A stretch of DNA of 64,000 bases from a bacterium (GCA_046160485.1 JBJXGV010000002.1:77380-141379), one strand, 5' to 3'; positions 17,264 through 27,643 are shown, counted from the stretch's first letter. Program-made: numbers and translations. Notes: generated by a model not told the origin, from the letters alone.

Positions 17264-17294
17264 GCGACCACTCCTGCGCTCTGGGAGTGGTCGC
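17264..17294. terminator. bidirectional intrinsic terminator hairpin between convergent genes (11-bp perfect stem GCGACCACTCC / GGAGTGGTCGC, 9-nt loop)
   Basis: Seen directly in the sequence at 17264-17294, followed by tcggtttcg. It lies in the 69-bp gap between the stops at 17239 (+) and 17309 (-). Confidence 0.5.
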
Positions 17295-17308
17295 TCGGTT
17301 TCGTCGCG

Positions 17309-20107
17309 TCAGCGCGCCGCACGATAAGTCGCTGCCTTCGCGGCGTCGCCGGCCGCTTCGTAGAGCGCGGCGACGCGCGCGCGCGCCTCGCTCTTACGCG
17401 CCGCCGACATCGCGGACGACGCCGCGATGATCTCGTAGCTGCGCACCAGAAGCGTCTCCGCCTCGTCGTATCGGTGAAGCGCGGTGAGGCATCCGCCGAG
17501 GATGTTGTCGGTGAGCGCGCAGCGCGCGTCGTCGCCGGTGGCGTTCGCGTGAGACGCGGCGAAGGCTTCGCGCAAGAGCGGCTCGGCCTCCGCCGCGCGG
17601 CCGCGATCGACGAGAAATCCGCCGAGCGACTGAAGCGACCCCGTGACATCGGGATGTTGCTCGCCGAGAAGACGGCGGCGCAACGCCAACGCATCGCGCA
17701 GACACGGTTCGGCCTCCGCGTGCCGGCCCATGAGTGCGAGAACCAGACCGAGGTTGTTGAGGCCGTTGGCCACGGCCGGTTGGTCGTCGCCCGCCAACTT
17801 GCGCCTTGCAGCGAGCGATTGGCGCAGGAGCGGCTCCGCCTCCGCGTACTTGCCCTGCGAGCGGAGAATGCTCGCGAGGTTGTTGCGACTGTCGGCAACA
17901 GCGTCGTGCTCTTCGCCGAAGAGCCGCAGACGCATCTCCATCGCCTCGCGAACGAGCGGCTCGGCCTCCGCGACGCGTCCCGTTCCCCACAGGACGTATG
18001 CAAGGTTGTCGAGCGTGGTGGCGATCTTGGCGTGATCGGGTCCGAGTGCCTTGCGCCGGATCGCGAGCGCCTCGCGGATGTCCGTCTCGGCCTCACCGAC
18101 GCGTCCTAGCCGGTTTAGCGAGAATCCGAGATTCGTGAGCAAGTCCGCGACCTTGGGATGCGCGTCGCCGAGGACTCTCCGTTGAATCGCGAGCGTCGCA
18201 CGTTGAAGCGACTCTGCCTCCGCGTAGCGGCCCGCGTTGATCAGCACGTTCGCCAGCATCGACATCGACGTGGTGACCGTCGAATGCTCCTCGCCGAATC
18301 TGCGCCGCTCGATCGCCAGCGCCTCTCGCACGAGCGATTCCGCTTCGGCGAACGCGCCCCGACTTACAAACGGCTTCGAGAGAATCTTGAGGCCCTCGGC
18401 GATCTCGGGATCACCGTCGGGAAGCAGTCGCCGCCGCATGGCGAGCCCCGCGCGGGCGAGCGACTCCGCCTCGACGAGGCGGTCTTGCGACTCATAGATG
18501 TTCGCGAGAAAACAGAGTCCGGATGCCACGGTCGGATGCTCGTCGCCGAAGAGGCTGCGCGACACCTCGAGCGACGCGATCCCGAGCGACTCCGCTTGCG
18601 CGTTGTCGCCGCGATCCCAGCGAATGTTCGCGACATCGCGAAGACTGGCCGCCAGATCGGCGTGCCGCGGCCCGAGGATCCGCTCGCGCGTCGCGAGCGC
18701 TAACCGCAGATGCGTCTCCGCCTCCTCGAGCCGCCCGAGCGACGAGTACGTTTTCCCGATCGTTCGCTCGATCGCCGCGGCGATCTCCGGTTCGTCCAAG
18801 AGCGACGGCGCGACCTCGCGCGACGCCTGCTCGAGCACCTCGCGCACCGTGATCTCGCGGCCCGCCGCGCGATCCGGATCCGCGGACGCTAGCATCCCCT
18901 GCAGGAACGTGTTGATGCGCTCGACCTTCTCCGCCTCGATCACCGCCTTCGCATGCGCGCGACTCTGGCTCTGGTAGAGAACCGCCATCGTGATCGTGGA
19001 GACGACGAGCACGGCGAAGAGCGTGGCGAGGAGCGAGGCGGCGGCGCGGTGGCGCGCGGCCAGCTTGCGGAGTTGGTAGATCGTGCTCTGCGGACGCGCG
19101 AGAATCGGCTGATTGAGCAGATAACGCCGCACATCGTCCGCGAGCGCCGCAACGCTCTGGTAGCGTTGGCCGGCGTCCTTCTCGAGCGCGCGAAGCGCAA
19201 TCGTCTCGAGATCTCCGCGAAGCGCGCGCACGATCGTGCTCGGGCGTCGCGGCTCGCGCTCGGCGATCGTTCGCACCGCGTCGGGGAGCGTGGCGCCGCG
19301 AACGTCGTACGGCGGTTCGCCAGTGAGGATCTCGTAGAGAATGACGCCGAGCGAGTAGACGTCGCTCCGCAGGTCGATGTCGCTTGGATTGCCGCGCGTC
19401 TGCTCGGGGCTCATGTACGCGAGCGTTCCCTGGATACGGCCGACCTCCGCACCCATCGTCGCGAGCGAGATGTCGGCGTCCGTGATGCGCGCGAGGCCGA
19501 AGTCGAGAACCTTCACGTGCGCGGCGGCGCCGGCGTTCGCGGCGTCGGCGCGATCGGCCGCGTCCGTCCCGACCACAAGAATGTTCGACGGCTTGAGGTC
19601 CCGATGGATGACGCCGCGCTGGTGCGCGTAGTTGATTGCGTCGCAGATCTGGAGGAAGAGGCCGAGCCGGTACCCGATTTCAGCGCGCCCAGCGGACGGG
19701 GCGGCTCCGCGCGCGGCAAGGTGCTCGTCGAGCGGCGCGCCGTTCACGATCTCCATGCTGAAGAAGTGCCGCCCGGCGCTCGTGCGACCCGCTTCGTAGA
19801 TCGCGGCGATGCCCGCGTGACGAAGCTGTCCGAGCGCGTGCGCCTCGCGCACGAAGAGCTTTATCTGCTGCTCTTCGACATAGGGGCCGCCGCGAATGAT
19901 CTTGAGCGCAACCGACCGACGCGGACTTTCCTGCTCCGCCTCGAAGACGATTCCCATCCCGCCTTCGCCGAGCTTGCCGAGGATTCTATAGCCGGGAATG
20001 CGCTCCGCGCCGAGTGACGTCTCTTCCGAGTCCTTTGCGCCTTCCGCGTGCGTGCGCGAGGGTTCCCCGTCGTGCGCGTGCTCGTCTCGTGTCGGTTCCT
20101 CGCTCAT
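17309..20107 (-). CDS. Ser/Thr protein kinase with TM segment and extensive C-terminal TPR repeats
   Basis: 'LGEGGMGIVFEA', 'HRDLKPSNILV', 'DFGLAR', 'AYMSPEQ'. Then a hydrophobic helix and >10 TPR-like units (LANI.....G.Y.EAE.L...AL). Confidence 0.85.
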   Translation of the reverse strand: MSEEPTRDEHAHDGEPSRTHAEGAKDSEETSLGAERIPGYRILGKLGEGGMGIVFEAEQESPRRSVALKIIRGGPYVEEQQIKLFVREAHALGQLRHAGIAAIYEAGRTSAGRHFFSMEIVNGAPLDEHLAARGAAPSAGRAEIGYRLGLFLQICDAINYAHQRGVIHRDLKPSNILVVGTDAADRADAANAGAAAHVKVLDFGLARITDADISLATMGAEVGRIQGTLAYMSPEQTRGNPSDIDLRSDVYSLGVILYEILTGEPPYDVRGATLPDAVRTIAEREPRRPSTIVRALRGDLETIALRALEKDAGQRYQSVAALADDVRRYLLNQPILARPQSTIYQLRKLAARHRAAASLLATLFAVLVVSTITMAVLYQSQSRAHAKAVIEAEKVERINTFLQGMLASADPDRAAGREITVREVLEQASREVAPSLLDEPEIAAAIERTIGKTYSSLGRLEEAETHLRLALATRERILGPRHADLAASLRDVANIRWDRGDNAQAESLGIASLEVSRSLFGDEHPTVASGLCFLANIYESQDRLVEAESLARAGLAMRRRLLPDGDPEIAEGLKILSKPFVSRGAFAEAESLVREALAIERRRFGEEHSTVTTSMSMLANVLINAGRYAEAESLQRATLAIQRRVLGDAHPKVADLLTNLGFSLNRLGRVGEAETDIREALAIRRKALGPDHAKIATTLDNLAYVLWGTGRVAEAEPLVREAMEMRLRLFGEEHDAVADSRNNLASILRSQGKYAEAEPLLRQSLAARRKLAGDDQPAVANGLNNLGLVLALMGRHAEAEPCLRDALALRRRLLGEQHPDVTGSLQSLGGFLVDRGRAAEAEPLLREAFAASHANATGDDARCALTDNILGGCLTALHRYDEAETLLVRSYEIIAASSAMSAARKSEARARVAALYEAAGDAAKAATYRAAR

Positions 20108-20254
20108 GTGGGCATCGCGGCTCGCGACTGAGTCGCACTCCTGATGGATCGGGATGAGAGGAGGCGAGTGTAGCGCAGATTCGGTATCGGCGGCAAAAGC
20201 CCGCGGATACTGCCGTTAGTCCCCGCGGTGCGCAGCGACCTCTTCGCAACGAGC

Positions 20255-21502
20255 CTACTCGTACCGCAGCGCCTCGATCGGATCGAGCCGCGACGCGCGA
20301 ATCGCCGGGAGCATGCCGAACGCGATCCCGACCGCCGAGCAGAAGACGAGGCCGATGACCGCCCACTCCACGGGCACGCGGACATCGAACTTCGCGAAGT
20401 ACGCGACAAGATTGCCGAGTCCGAAGCCGACTACGACGCCGATGACGCCCCCGGCGTTGCACAGGAGGACGGCTTCGAGCAGGAACTGGCCCATGATGTT
20501 TCCGCGCCGCGCTCCGAGCGCCTTGCGAATCCCGATCTCGCGTGTGCGCTCGGTGACGGCGACCAGCATGATGTTCATGATGCCGATTCCCGCCACGACG
20601 AGCGCGATGCCTCCGATGACGAAGGCCGCGAGCTTCACGCCCAGGCTCATCTTGTTGAACTCGGTGATCAGGCTCGCGCTGTTGTAGAAATCAAAATTGT
20701 CCTCCTCACCAGGCTTCACGTGCCGGTTGTGGCGCAGGACTTGGCGCGTTTCCTCTATCGCTTCGTCCATCAGCTCCGGGGTCTTGGCCCGAATGGTGAT
20801 GTTGACCGAGCGCTCGAATCCATCACGCCCCGTGATGCCATAGCTGTTCACGAACGTTGAGACCGGAATCAGGACGTAGCTGTCGAACGATCCTCCGAAC
20901 GCGGACTTCTTCTCGTCGAAGACGCCGATGACGTCGTACTCGCGTCCATCGACTCGAATCTCCTTCCCGATCGGATCGACGAACGGATAGAGCTTCTCCG
21001 CGATCGCGCGGCCGATGACCGCCACTTTGCGCGCGGCGACCACGTCCGTCGCGGAGAGGTTGCGCCCGAGCCCCACGAAGTGCGTGTTGTTGGGCGCGTA
21101 CTCCGGCGTGCCCCCGCAGATCGAAACGTTCGGGTTCGTCGACTCTCCCTTGTGTTGCGCAACGAGCCCGAACTCCCAAATCTCGGAGCCGACGAGGTCG
21201 GCGGACTCGACGTGATCCCGGATCGCCTTCGCGTTTTCGAGCGTCAGGGGCGGCCGCTTCCGGGCTTTTCGCCGCTCCTCGTCCGAATTGAATCCGCCCG
21301 CCGGCCACTTCTGCACCTGAAACGTCTGAGCGCCGAGAACGCTCATCTCCTGCTCCAGAGTCGCCTGCACGATCGAGATTCCGGTCATGACGGCGATGAT
21401 GGAGGCCACGCCGGCCACGATGCCGATGAGCGTCAGCACCGCACGCAGTTTGTTGCTGACGATTGCACCCGTGCTCATCGAGAAGAGGTCAAGCGCGCGC
21501 AT
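20255..21502 (-). CDS. ABC transporter permease, FtsX/MacB family
   Basis: N-terminal TM, large periplasmic domain, and a C-terminal 3-TM FtsX core ('EIGIRKALGARRGNIMGQFLLEA'). Confidence 0.75.
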   Translation of the reverse strand: MRALDLFSMSTGAIVSNKLRAVLTLIGIVAGVASIIAVMTGISIVQATLEQEMSVLGAQTFQVQKWPAGGFNSDEERRKARKRPPLTLENAKAIRDHVESADLVGSEIWEFGLVAQHKGESTNPNVSICGGTPEYAPNNTHFVGLGRNLSATDVVAARKVAVIGRAIAEKLYPFVDPIGKEIRVDGREYDVIGVFDEKKSAFGGSFDSYVLIPVSTFVNSYGITGRDGFERSVNITIRAKTPELMDEAIEETRQVLRHNRHVKPGEEDNFDFYNSASLITEFNKMSLGVKLAAFVIGGIALVVAGIGIMNIMLVAVTERTREIGIRKALGARRGNIMGQFLLEAVLLCNAGGVIGVVVGFGLGNLVAYFAKFDVRVPVEWAVIGLVFCSAVGIAFGMLPAIRASRLDPIEALRYE

Positions 21503-21519
21503 GCCGGCTCCGAGATACG

Positions 21520-22797
21520 CTAGTCATGGCGCAGCGACTCGATGGGGTCGAGGCGCGCCCCTCGATACGCGGGCGCCACGCCCGCGAGAACGCCGACCGC
21601 GATCGAGACGACGACGGCGATGACGAGAATCGGGATCGAGAGGCTCGCCGGCATCACCGCCGCGTTGATGATCGCGGTGACACCCGTTGCGAGCGCGATC
21701 CCGATCAGCCCGCCCACCAGGCAAATCGTCGACGACTCGAAGAGGAATTGCAGCAGGATGCTCCGTCTGGTTGCGCCGAGCGCCTTGCGAATCCCGATCT
21801 CGCGCGTTCTCTCCGTCACCGAGACGAACATGACGTTCATCACGCCGACCGCGCCGACGAAAAGCGAGATGCCCGTAACGAAGAGCCCGACGAGCAGCAC
21901 GATGCCCATGGTGCTGTTGAAGGTCCCCACGAGCGTGTCCAGCTTGTTGATCGAGAAGTTGTCGGCCTCGGTGGGGCGGAGCCTTCGAATCGCACGCATG
22001 TCGCCGATGATCTCGAACTCGAGGTCCGCGACGGCTTCCTGCGTGGGCGCCTTCACCGCGATGTCCACCTCCTGGCGGCCGCGGGCTCCCGCGAACGCCT
22101 TCACGTAGGACGTGATCGGAACGAAGATCTGCCTGTCGAAATTCGGCCCTCCGAGAAAGCTTCCGCCTTGTTTCTCCATGACCCCGATCACGCGGAAGGC
22201 CGTCCTTCCGATCATGATCGACTTGCCCAGGGGGCTCGCGGCCCCGAACAGTCCCTCCTGTACGTCGGTGCCGATCACGCAGACGTTCGTCTTGGAGCGA
22301 ACATCGGACGGAAGCAGGAAATGCCCCATCTGCGGTTGCGCGCTCGAGAGGCGTGTCTGCTTTTCGGTCGTCCCGACGACGTTCACGCCTTCGATGACCT
22401 CTTCGCGGTACTTCACGTCGATCTGGCTGCTCATGGAGGGGTTGACGACGGCGCGGCCCCGGAGTTTGTCTTCGAGCGCGCGGGCCTCGCGCAGATCGAG
22501 ATTGGGCCGGTTCCGGAAGGAGAAGAAATCGTTCATGACGACCCACGGCATCCGGGATACGTAGAGCACGTCGGTCCCGACGGACGAAAAGCTCTCGCGG
22601 AATTTGTTCTGCAGCCCGTTGGCCGCCGTCATGGTGACAACCACCGCGACGATTCCGATGACGATGCCGAGCGTGGTCAGAATGCCGCGGGCCTTGTTGG
22701 CGCGCACCGCGTCGAGCGCGATCCGGAGCGTCTCGGCGAGACGCAGCGGCGGCGGCTTCACGCCCGCGCGCCAATCCGCGAGGCCAGGTTTCGGCAA
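21520..22797 (-). CDS. ABC transporter permease, FtsX/MacB family (second copy)
   Basis: Same architecture: 'EIGIRKALGATRRSILLQFLFES' and a C-terminal TM bundle. Confidence 0.75.
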   Translation of the reverse strand: MPKPGLADWRAGVKPPPLRLAETLRIALDAVRANKARGILTTLGIVIGIVAVVVTMTAANGLQNKFRESFSSVGTDVLYVSRMPWVVMNDFFSFRNRPNLDLREARALEDKLRGRAVVNPSMSSQIDVKYREEVIEGVNVVGTTEKQTRLSSAQPQMGHFLLPSDVRSKTNVCVIGTDVQEGLFGAASPLGKSIMIGRTAFRVIGVMEKQGGSFLGGPNFDRQIFVPITSYVKAFAGARGRQEVDIAVKAPTQEAVADLEFEIIGDMRAIRRLRPTEADNFSINKLDTLVGTFNSTMGIVLLVGLFVTGISLFVGAVGVMNVMFVSVTERTREIGIRKALGATRRSILLQFLFESSTICLVGGLIGIALATGVTAIINAAVMPASLSIPILVIAVVVSIAVGVLAGVAPAYRGARLDPIESLRHD

Positions 22798-22806
22798 TTC
22801 GCCGAA

Positions 22807-24078
22807 CTACTCCGCGGCGACATTCTCTTGGCCTGCTTCCGCGTCTTCCATTGGCTTGATCGTGACCGCGGCGCCGTTCTCGAGGTCCTTCGAGATCGCG
22901 CGGTAGCTGCCGGTGACGATCTCATCACCTTCCGCGAGCCCATCGAGGATCTCGATCAGCTCGTCACTCTGGATGCCGGTCTTGACCTGCTTCGCGACGG
23001 CCTTACCCGCTTCGATGCAGAACACCACCTCTACGAAGCCGTCGCGGTCGGCCTTGTATCGGGCTTCGGCGTCCTTCCGTTGTTCGCCCTTCATGACGAG
23101 CTGGTCCACCGGACGGGCCACGACGCTCTGCAGCGGAACGCTCAGCGCTGACGGGTTCGTGTTGGTCACGATATCCGCGCTGGCCGTCATGCCGGGACGA
23201 AGCGTCGAAGGCGGATCGACCAACGTGATCTTCACCTCGAACTCGGTCTTCTGCTCCGACGTGCCGGCGCCTTCGGATATGGCGCTGCTGCCGATTTCCG
23301 AGACGACGCCTTTGTGCAGTTGGTCGGGAAGCGCGTCGACCTCGATCTCCGCGGTTTGGCCCACGCTGATTGCGATCAGGTCGTTCTCGTCGATCTTGAC
23401 CTGAGCCTCCATCGCGGAGAGATCGGCCACCGTGAGAATGACATCCTTCTGGAATTGCGATCCGAGCGCGATCTCGCCTTCCTCCTTGTTGAGCGCGCTG
23501 ATCGTGCCGGCCATCGGGGCGTAGATGGTTGTCTTCGAGAGATCGTCGCGCGCCTGGGTCAGGGCCGCCTGCGCTTGCGCCACCTGGTCCATCGCCGACT
23601 TGTGGCGGGCGACCTCGACCTGATACTGGGCGCGCTTCGCGTCGAAGGACGCTTGCGACTCGAGCTCGCTCGCGATCAGCTTCTGCGAGCGCGTAAACTC
23701 GTTCTCGGCTTGGAGCATGTTCTCGTTCACGAGGGCCGCGTTCGATCGCGCGGAGCTGACGCTCGCCTCGGCGCTCTCCACGGCCGCAAGGTATCGCGCC
23801 TGGTCGAGCGTCACGAGGAGCGCTCCCTTAACGACGAGCTGTCCCTCGACGACCGCGAGCTTCGTGATCTTCCCGCTCACATCGGCGCTGATGTCGACCT
23901 TGGTCTTGGGCTGGATCTTCCCCGTGGCGCTGACTTTCTGAATGACCTCCTGGCGCTCGACCTTAGCCGTCTGTACCTCCGGCGCCTTCGCGCGGCGGCC
24001 TCGAAGGACGACGCCGGCTCCGGTCGCGACGACGAGAAGGGCCGCGACCCCCAACAACAAGTGCTTCCGTTTCATCAT
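22807..24078 (-). CDS. efflux transporter periplasmic adaptor (HlyD/MacA membrane-fusion protein family)
   Basis: N-terminal TM anchor, long coiled-coil (QARYLAAVESAEA...), and beta-barrel/lipoyl-like segments typical of membrane-fusion proteins. Directly upstream of the two FtsX permeases. Confidence 0.75.
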   Translation of the reverse strand: MMKRKHLLLGVAALLVVATGAGVVLRGRRAKAPEVQTAKVERQEVIQKVSATGKIQPKTKVDISADVSGKITKLAVVEGQLVVKGALLVTLDQARYLAAVESAEASVSSARSNAALVNENMLQAENEFTRSQKLIASELESQASFDAKRAQYQVEVARHKSAMDQVAQAQAALTQARDDLSKTTIYAPMAGTISALNKEEGEIALGSQFQKDVILTVADLSAMEAQVKIDENDLIAISVGQTAEIEVDALPDQLHKGVVSEIGSSAISEGAGTSEQKTEFEVKITLVDPPSTLRPGMTASADIVTNTNPSALSVPLQSVVARPVDQLVMKGEQRKDAEARYKADRDGFVEVVFCIEAGKAVAKQVKTGIQSDELIEILDGLAEGDEIVTGSYRAISKDLENGAAVTIKPMEDAEAGQENVAAE

Positions 24079-24377
24079 GACCTCGCGGTAAAGGTCCCCA
24101 AGTACGACAGTGGATTGTCTCTAGTCAGATCTGCTTCGACGTTTCGAGCCACGCGGAGCGAAGCGAATACGTCCCGAGCGGGGCCCGGGTTTCGTTCAGG
24201 AAGGGTGTCGTTGCGTGATCCGGGCGCGGAGTCGACGCGGGCCATCTATCGTCCAGTACCGTCGACCGGGAGTCTACAGCCCGGATGCCGCCGCGATCCA
24301 GGCTTTCGAACGGTTCTGAGCCGGCGGCGCGGGAGCGCGGGACGACCCCGCACCCGTCAGCGGAATCGGGGGAAGGC

Positions 24378-25097
24378 ATGACAAATCTTGAGGAAGCGCG
24401 AAAGATCTTCGCCGCTGCGCGGTCGGTGACGGTATTGACGGGCGCCGGGATTTCGGCGGACAGCGGCGTGCCGACGTTTCGCGGCGCGGGCGGGCTCTGG
24501 CGGAACTACCGCGCGGAGGATCTGGCGACGCCCGAAGCGTTCGCGCGCGATCCGCGGCTCGTCTGGGAGTGGTACGACTGGCGGCGCGGCGTCATCGCGA
24601 CGAAGCGGCCGAACCGCGGGCACGAGGCGACCGCTGCGATGGAGCGGCGGTTTTCGCGCTTCTGGCTCATCACGCAGAACGTCGACGGGCTGCACCGCGA
24701 CGCCGGCTCCACCAAGCTCTCCGAGATCCACGGCAACATCTGGAAGGTTCGCTGCACGTCGTGCGGGCACGTGGCGGACGATCGCCGCGTGCCGATTCCG
24801 GTTCCGCCGTCGTGCGGCGGATGCGGCGCGCTCGTACGGCCGCACATCGTTTGGTTCGGCGAAACGTTGGACGCGGAGGATGTCGCGAAGAGCCAGGAGG
24901 CGCTCGTCTCGTGCGACGTGCTGCTGATCGTCGGCACCTCGGGGATCGTCTATCCTGCGGCTTCGTTCGCGGCGATCGCGAAATCCGCCGGCGCGTTCGT
25001 TGTCGACGTCGACGTGGACGCGAAACCAAAATCCCCCGTTGTCGACGTCGCACTGTGCGGGCGCGCGGCCGATATCGTCCCGCAGCTCGTGTCGTGA
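24378..25097 (+). CDS. cobB: NAD-dependent protein deacylase, Sir2/CobB family
   Basis: 'GAGISADSGVPTFRG', 'QNVDGLH', a Zn ribbon CTSCG...CGGCG, and 'RPHIVWFGE'. RBS GGGGGAAGG. Confidence 0.8.
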   Translation: MTNLEEARKIFAAARSVTVLTGAGISADSGVPTFRGAGGLWRNYRAEDLATPEAFARDPRLVWEWYDWRRGVIATKRPNRGHEATAAMERRFSRFWLITQNVDGLHRDAGSTKLSEIHGNIWKVRCTSCGHVADDRRVPIPVPPSCGGCGALVRPHIVWFGETLDAEDVAKSQEALVSCDVLLIVGTSGIVYPAASFAAIAKSAGAFVVDVDVDAKPKSPVVDVALCGRAADIVPQLVS

Positions 25098-25104
25098 CTG
25101 CGCC

Positions 25105-25707
25105 TCAGCGTGCCGGTTCGTCCCCGGCGACGGCCAACACCCGGCACTGAAGCTCGATCGTGTTGCTCGATGCGTGGTAGAGGAACGTCGGGCCGTCGCC
25201 GTAGGCGAAGGGGATGATCTCGAGTTCGCCGCCGAACGCCGTTCCGGCGGGCGTCGAGCGGCACCAATCGGCGAGCCCCTCGTCCGTCATGTCCGAGTCG
25301 GCGATCCCGACGAGACGATCTGCCGCCGTGTGAAACCGAAACGATAGCCGCGGCGCGCCCTCGGGAGGCGAGGTAAGGCGCAGCTCGTTCTGCGCTTCGT
25401 CCGCGCGCAGAAACCGAGATGTCGAGTCGCTCCGGACGACGAGTCCCGGCGGGAAGCGCTCCTCGAGACGCTCGAACGCGTGCCGCCGAAACTCCCTCGC
25501 GCACGCGGAGCACGAATCGATCATGCTCTTCGCGAGTAAATCGAACGCGTCCGTCAAGATTTCGTCGCGCGCATCGCCGGGGCGGATCACGGACATATCG
25601 AACGGCGACACTTGCGACGCGGCATCGGAGGCGGGCCCGCGCGAGCTGCGCGCGCTCGGCGCGCACGCGACGATCAAGAGCAACCAGAACGAGAGAAGCT
25701 TCTTCAC
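25105..25707 (-). CDS. hypothetical lipoprotein (Cys-containing, ~200 aa)
   Basis: GTG start after CCGGAGG. Signal 'KKLLSFWLLLIVAC' with lipobox IVAC. No known domain. Confidence 0.4.
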   Translation of the reverse strand: MKKLLSFWLLLIVACAPSARSSRGPASDAASQVSPFDMSVIRPGDARDEILTDAFDLLAKSMIDSCSACAREFRRHAFERLEERFPPGLVVRSDSTSRFLRADEAQNELRLTSPPEGAPRLSFRFHTAADRLVGIADSDMTDEGLADWCRSTPAGTAFGGELEIIPFAYGDGPTFLYHASSNTIELQCRVLAVAGDEPAR

Positions 25708-25726
25708 GCGAGCAAGCGCCTCCGGC

Positions 25727-27643
25727 TCAGAAGAAAACGTTCCAGCGTATCGTCGATTCCAATCGTGAGTCATGATCGTCGCGCTTCTGGACCACGGCCA
25801 ACGCGACACTCATGTCGGGATGAATGCGGAGGTTTTGCCCAAGACCTGCCGTGATCAAGTTGTCGTCGTCGCCGAACACGTGATAGACGTCGTCGGCGAA
25901 GAGGTGGAGCTTCCACCAGCCGGTCAAGTTTCGCACGAAGCCGGCGGAGGCGCCCCCGCCGGCCGAGTAATTTCCGTCGAGCGGCCCGCCGACGTGAAGA
26001 TCCGTTTCGAGCATCGCGTAGAAGAGCCCCGCGAATCCGGTTTCGTACGCGACGCCGAATCCCGGATTGAGGCGCGAAACGAGATAGTCCTCACCGTTCT
26101 CCATAGTTCGCCGAAACAGATCGGCTCTGACTTTCCACGACGTGTGCCGGAAGAACTCGTCGCGTGGCGCGATCGAAATGATGTCGATCAGGTTCAGCGC
26201 CTCGAGTTCGAGTTTTCCCTCTTGCGAGTGGTACCTCAGCACGAAGTCGGTGAAGACGAGCTGCGAGCCGCGCTTGTATCCGGCATCACTGTCGAGGAGC
26301 GTATGGTATGCGGGCCGGACGCGGATTTCCTGAAACGGCTCGTCGTCGTCGAACCCGAAACCGAGACTGAGGCGATTGGAATGGTGCCCGCCGTCGGGTC
26401 GCTCCGGAGCAGTGATCGAATCGCTCGCATCGTGCTGTGCATCGCCGAGCGTACTGCGCGCCGTGAGCGTCTTCAAGAACCGGCTCACGTACGGATCCTT
26501 CGTCAGTTCCTTCTTCGCGTACGTGTACTGCAAATACTCGCTCGCTAAATCGCAGACCTTGATCTTTTCGTCGGTCGGAGCGGGCCGCTTCGCGTACTCG
26601 TCGGGCTCCAACGTCCCTTCGGCGATCGCGAGCGCGTCGCGCCTTCCGCGTTCCGTGAGCAGCGACGCGAGGTGCTTGATCTTCGTCGATCGCGACGGCC
26701 GGTACACGGCTTCGTCAATCAAGCCGCTCTTGCGCACTTCGCGGATCGTGTCGAGCGGGATAACCCACCACCCGCACTGGTCCGTGAGGTTCACGCCCGG
26801 GCGTGCGACGTCGAGCAGGAAGAGCAGATCGTACGAGCAATTCTCGCTGAAGAAATAGTAGTCGGCGTAGATGTTTTGCATCTCGTAGACGTGCATGAGA
26901 AGCCGCCGGATCTCCTCGGTGTTCAGATCGAGCGGGTACTCCCAGATGTCGCGGTCGCTGACGTCGCTGTATTCCTGCAGCTTCGCGTAGTAGGGGAGAA
27001 TGGAGAAGAACCCCTCGTAGCTGCCGAGAAGCCCCTTGATGATGTAGAGCGGTCCGAAGGTCTCGTCGGAGATCGCGGAGTAGTTGACGGCGTACGCGAG
27101 CAGATCGCTTGCGAAGACGGTTCGGATCGTGAGCAGCGTGTGCCCGTACATCGACGCGGGGCTATTCATGTGCGACGCGGGGAAGATCAGCGTGGCCGAC
27201 TCCGGTTTGATCGTGTCGATCAGCTCCTCGAATGCATCGCAACGCGAAACTGGAAGCCGTGACTCGTCGATCGCGAGCTTGGTTTTGAGCCAATCGAATC
27301 GTGCGACGAAGCGGCAAACCGGATGCTTCGCGTCGGGCGCGATCTGGTCGGCGGGCGTAAAGAACGCGCGGATCGTCGCGTCGAGTTCCGCGGCCGGATC
27401 CTGCTTGCCGTTCTTCGCGAGGAAGAAGTTCGGATCGTCGATGAGGCTGCGGAGCCCGAAGAGTCCGCGCTTGTAGTGGACGAGCGTCCGCCAGTGCGGG
27501 TCGCCGGAGAGATCGGCGTCGTGCGCGATCTCGAGAAGCGCCTCGACGTAGGGATCGTCCGGCGTCTCAGTCGCCATCGCGGACGACGAAGGTATGCCGA
27601 GGACTAGAAAAAGAAGAGGGAGCGCTCGGATCAGAACCATCAT
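25727..27643 (-). CDS. DUF4105-like (Lnb N-terminal domain) secreted/outer-membrane protein
   Basis: Signal peptide 'MMVLIRALPLLFLVLGIPSSSAMA' after GAGGGAG. Motif 'YYFFSENCSYDLLFLLD' recalls DUF4105. A beta-rich C-terminus ends in WNVFF (barrel-like C-terminal Phe). The long N-terminal extension in the ORF track is spurious. Confidence 0.5.
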   Translation of the reverse strand: MMVLIRALPLLFLVLGIPSSSAMATETPDDPYVEALLEIAHDADLSGDPHWRTLVHYKRGLFGLRSLIDDPNFFLAKNGKQDPAAELDATIRAFFTPADQIAPDAKHPVCRFVARFDWLKTKLAIDESRLPVSRCDAFEELIDTIKPESATLIFPASHMNSPASMYGHTLLTIRTVFASDLLAYAVNYSAISDETFGPLYIIKGLLGSYEGFFSILPYYAKLQEYSDVSDRDIWEYPLDLNTEEIRRLLMHVYEMQNIYADYYFFSENCSYDLLFLLDVARPGVNLTDQCGWWVIPLDTIREVRKSGLIDEAVYRPSRSTKIKHLASLLTERGRRDALAIAEGTLEPDEYAKRPAPTDEKIKVCDLASEYLQYTYAKKELTKDPYVSRFLKTLTARSTLGDAQHDASDSITAPERPDGGHHSNRLSLGFGFDDDEPFQEIRVRPAYHTLLDSDAGYKRGSQLVFTDFVLRYHSQEGKLELEALNLIDIISIAPRDEFFRHTSWKVRADLFRRTMENGEDYLVSRLNPGFGVAYETGFAGLFYAMLETDLHVGGPLDGNYSAGGGASAGFVRNLTGWWKLHLFADDVYHVFGDDDNLITAGLGQNLRIHPDMSVALAVVQKRDDHDSRLESTIRWNVFF

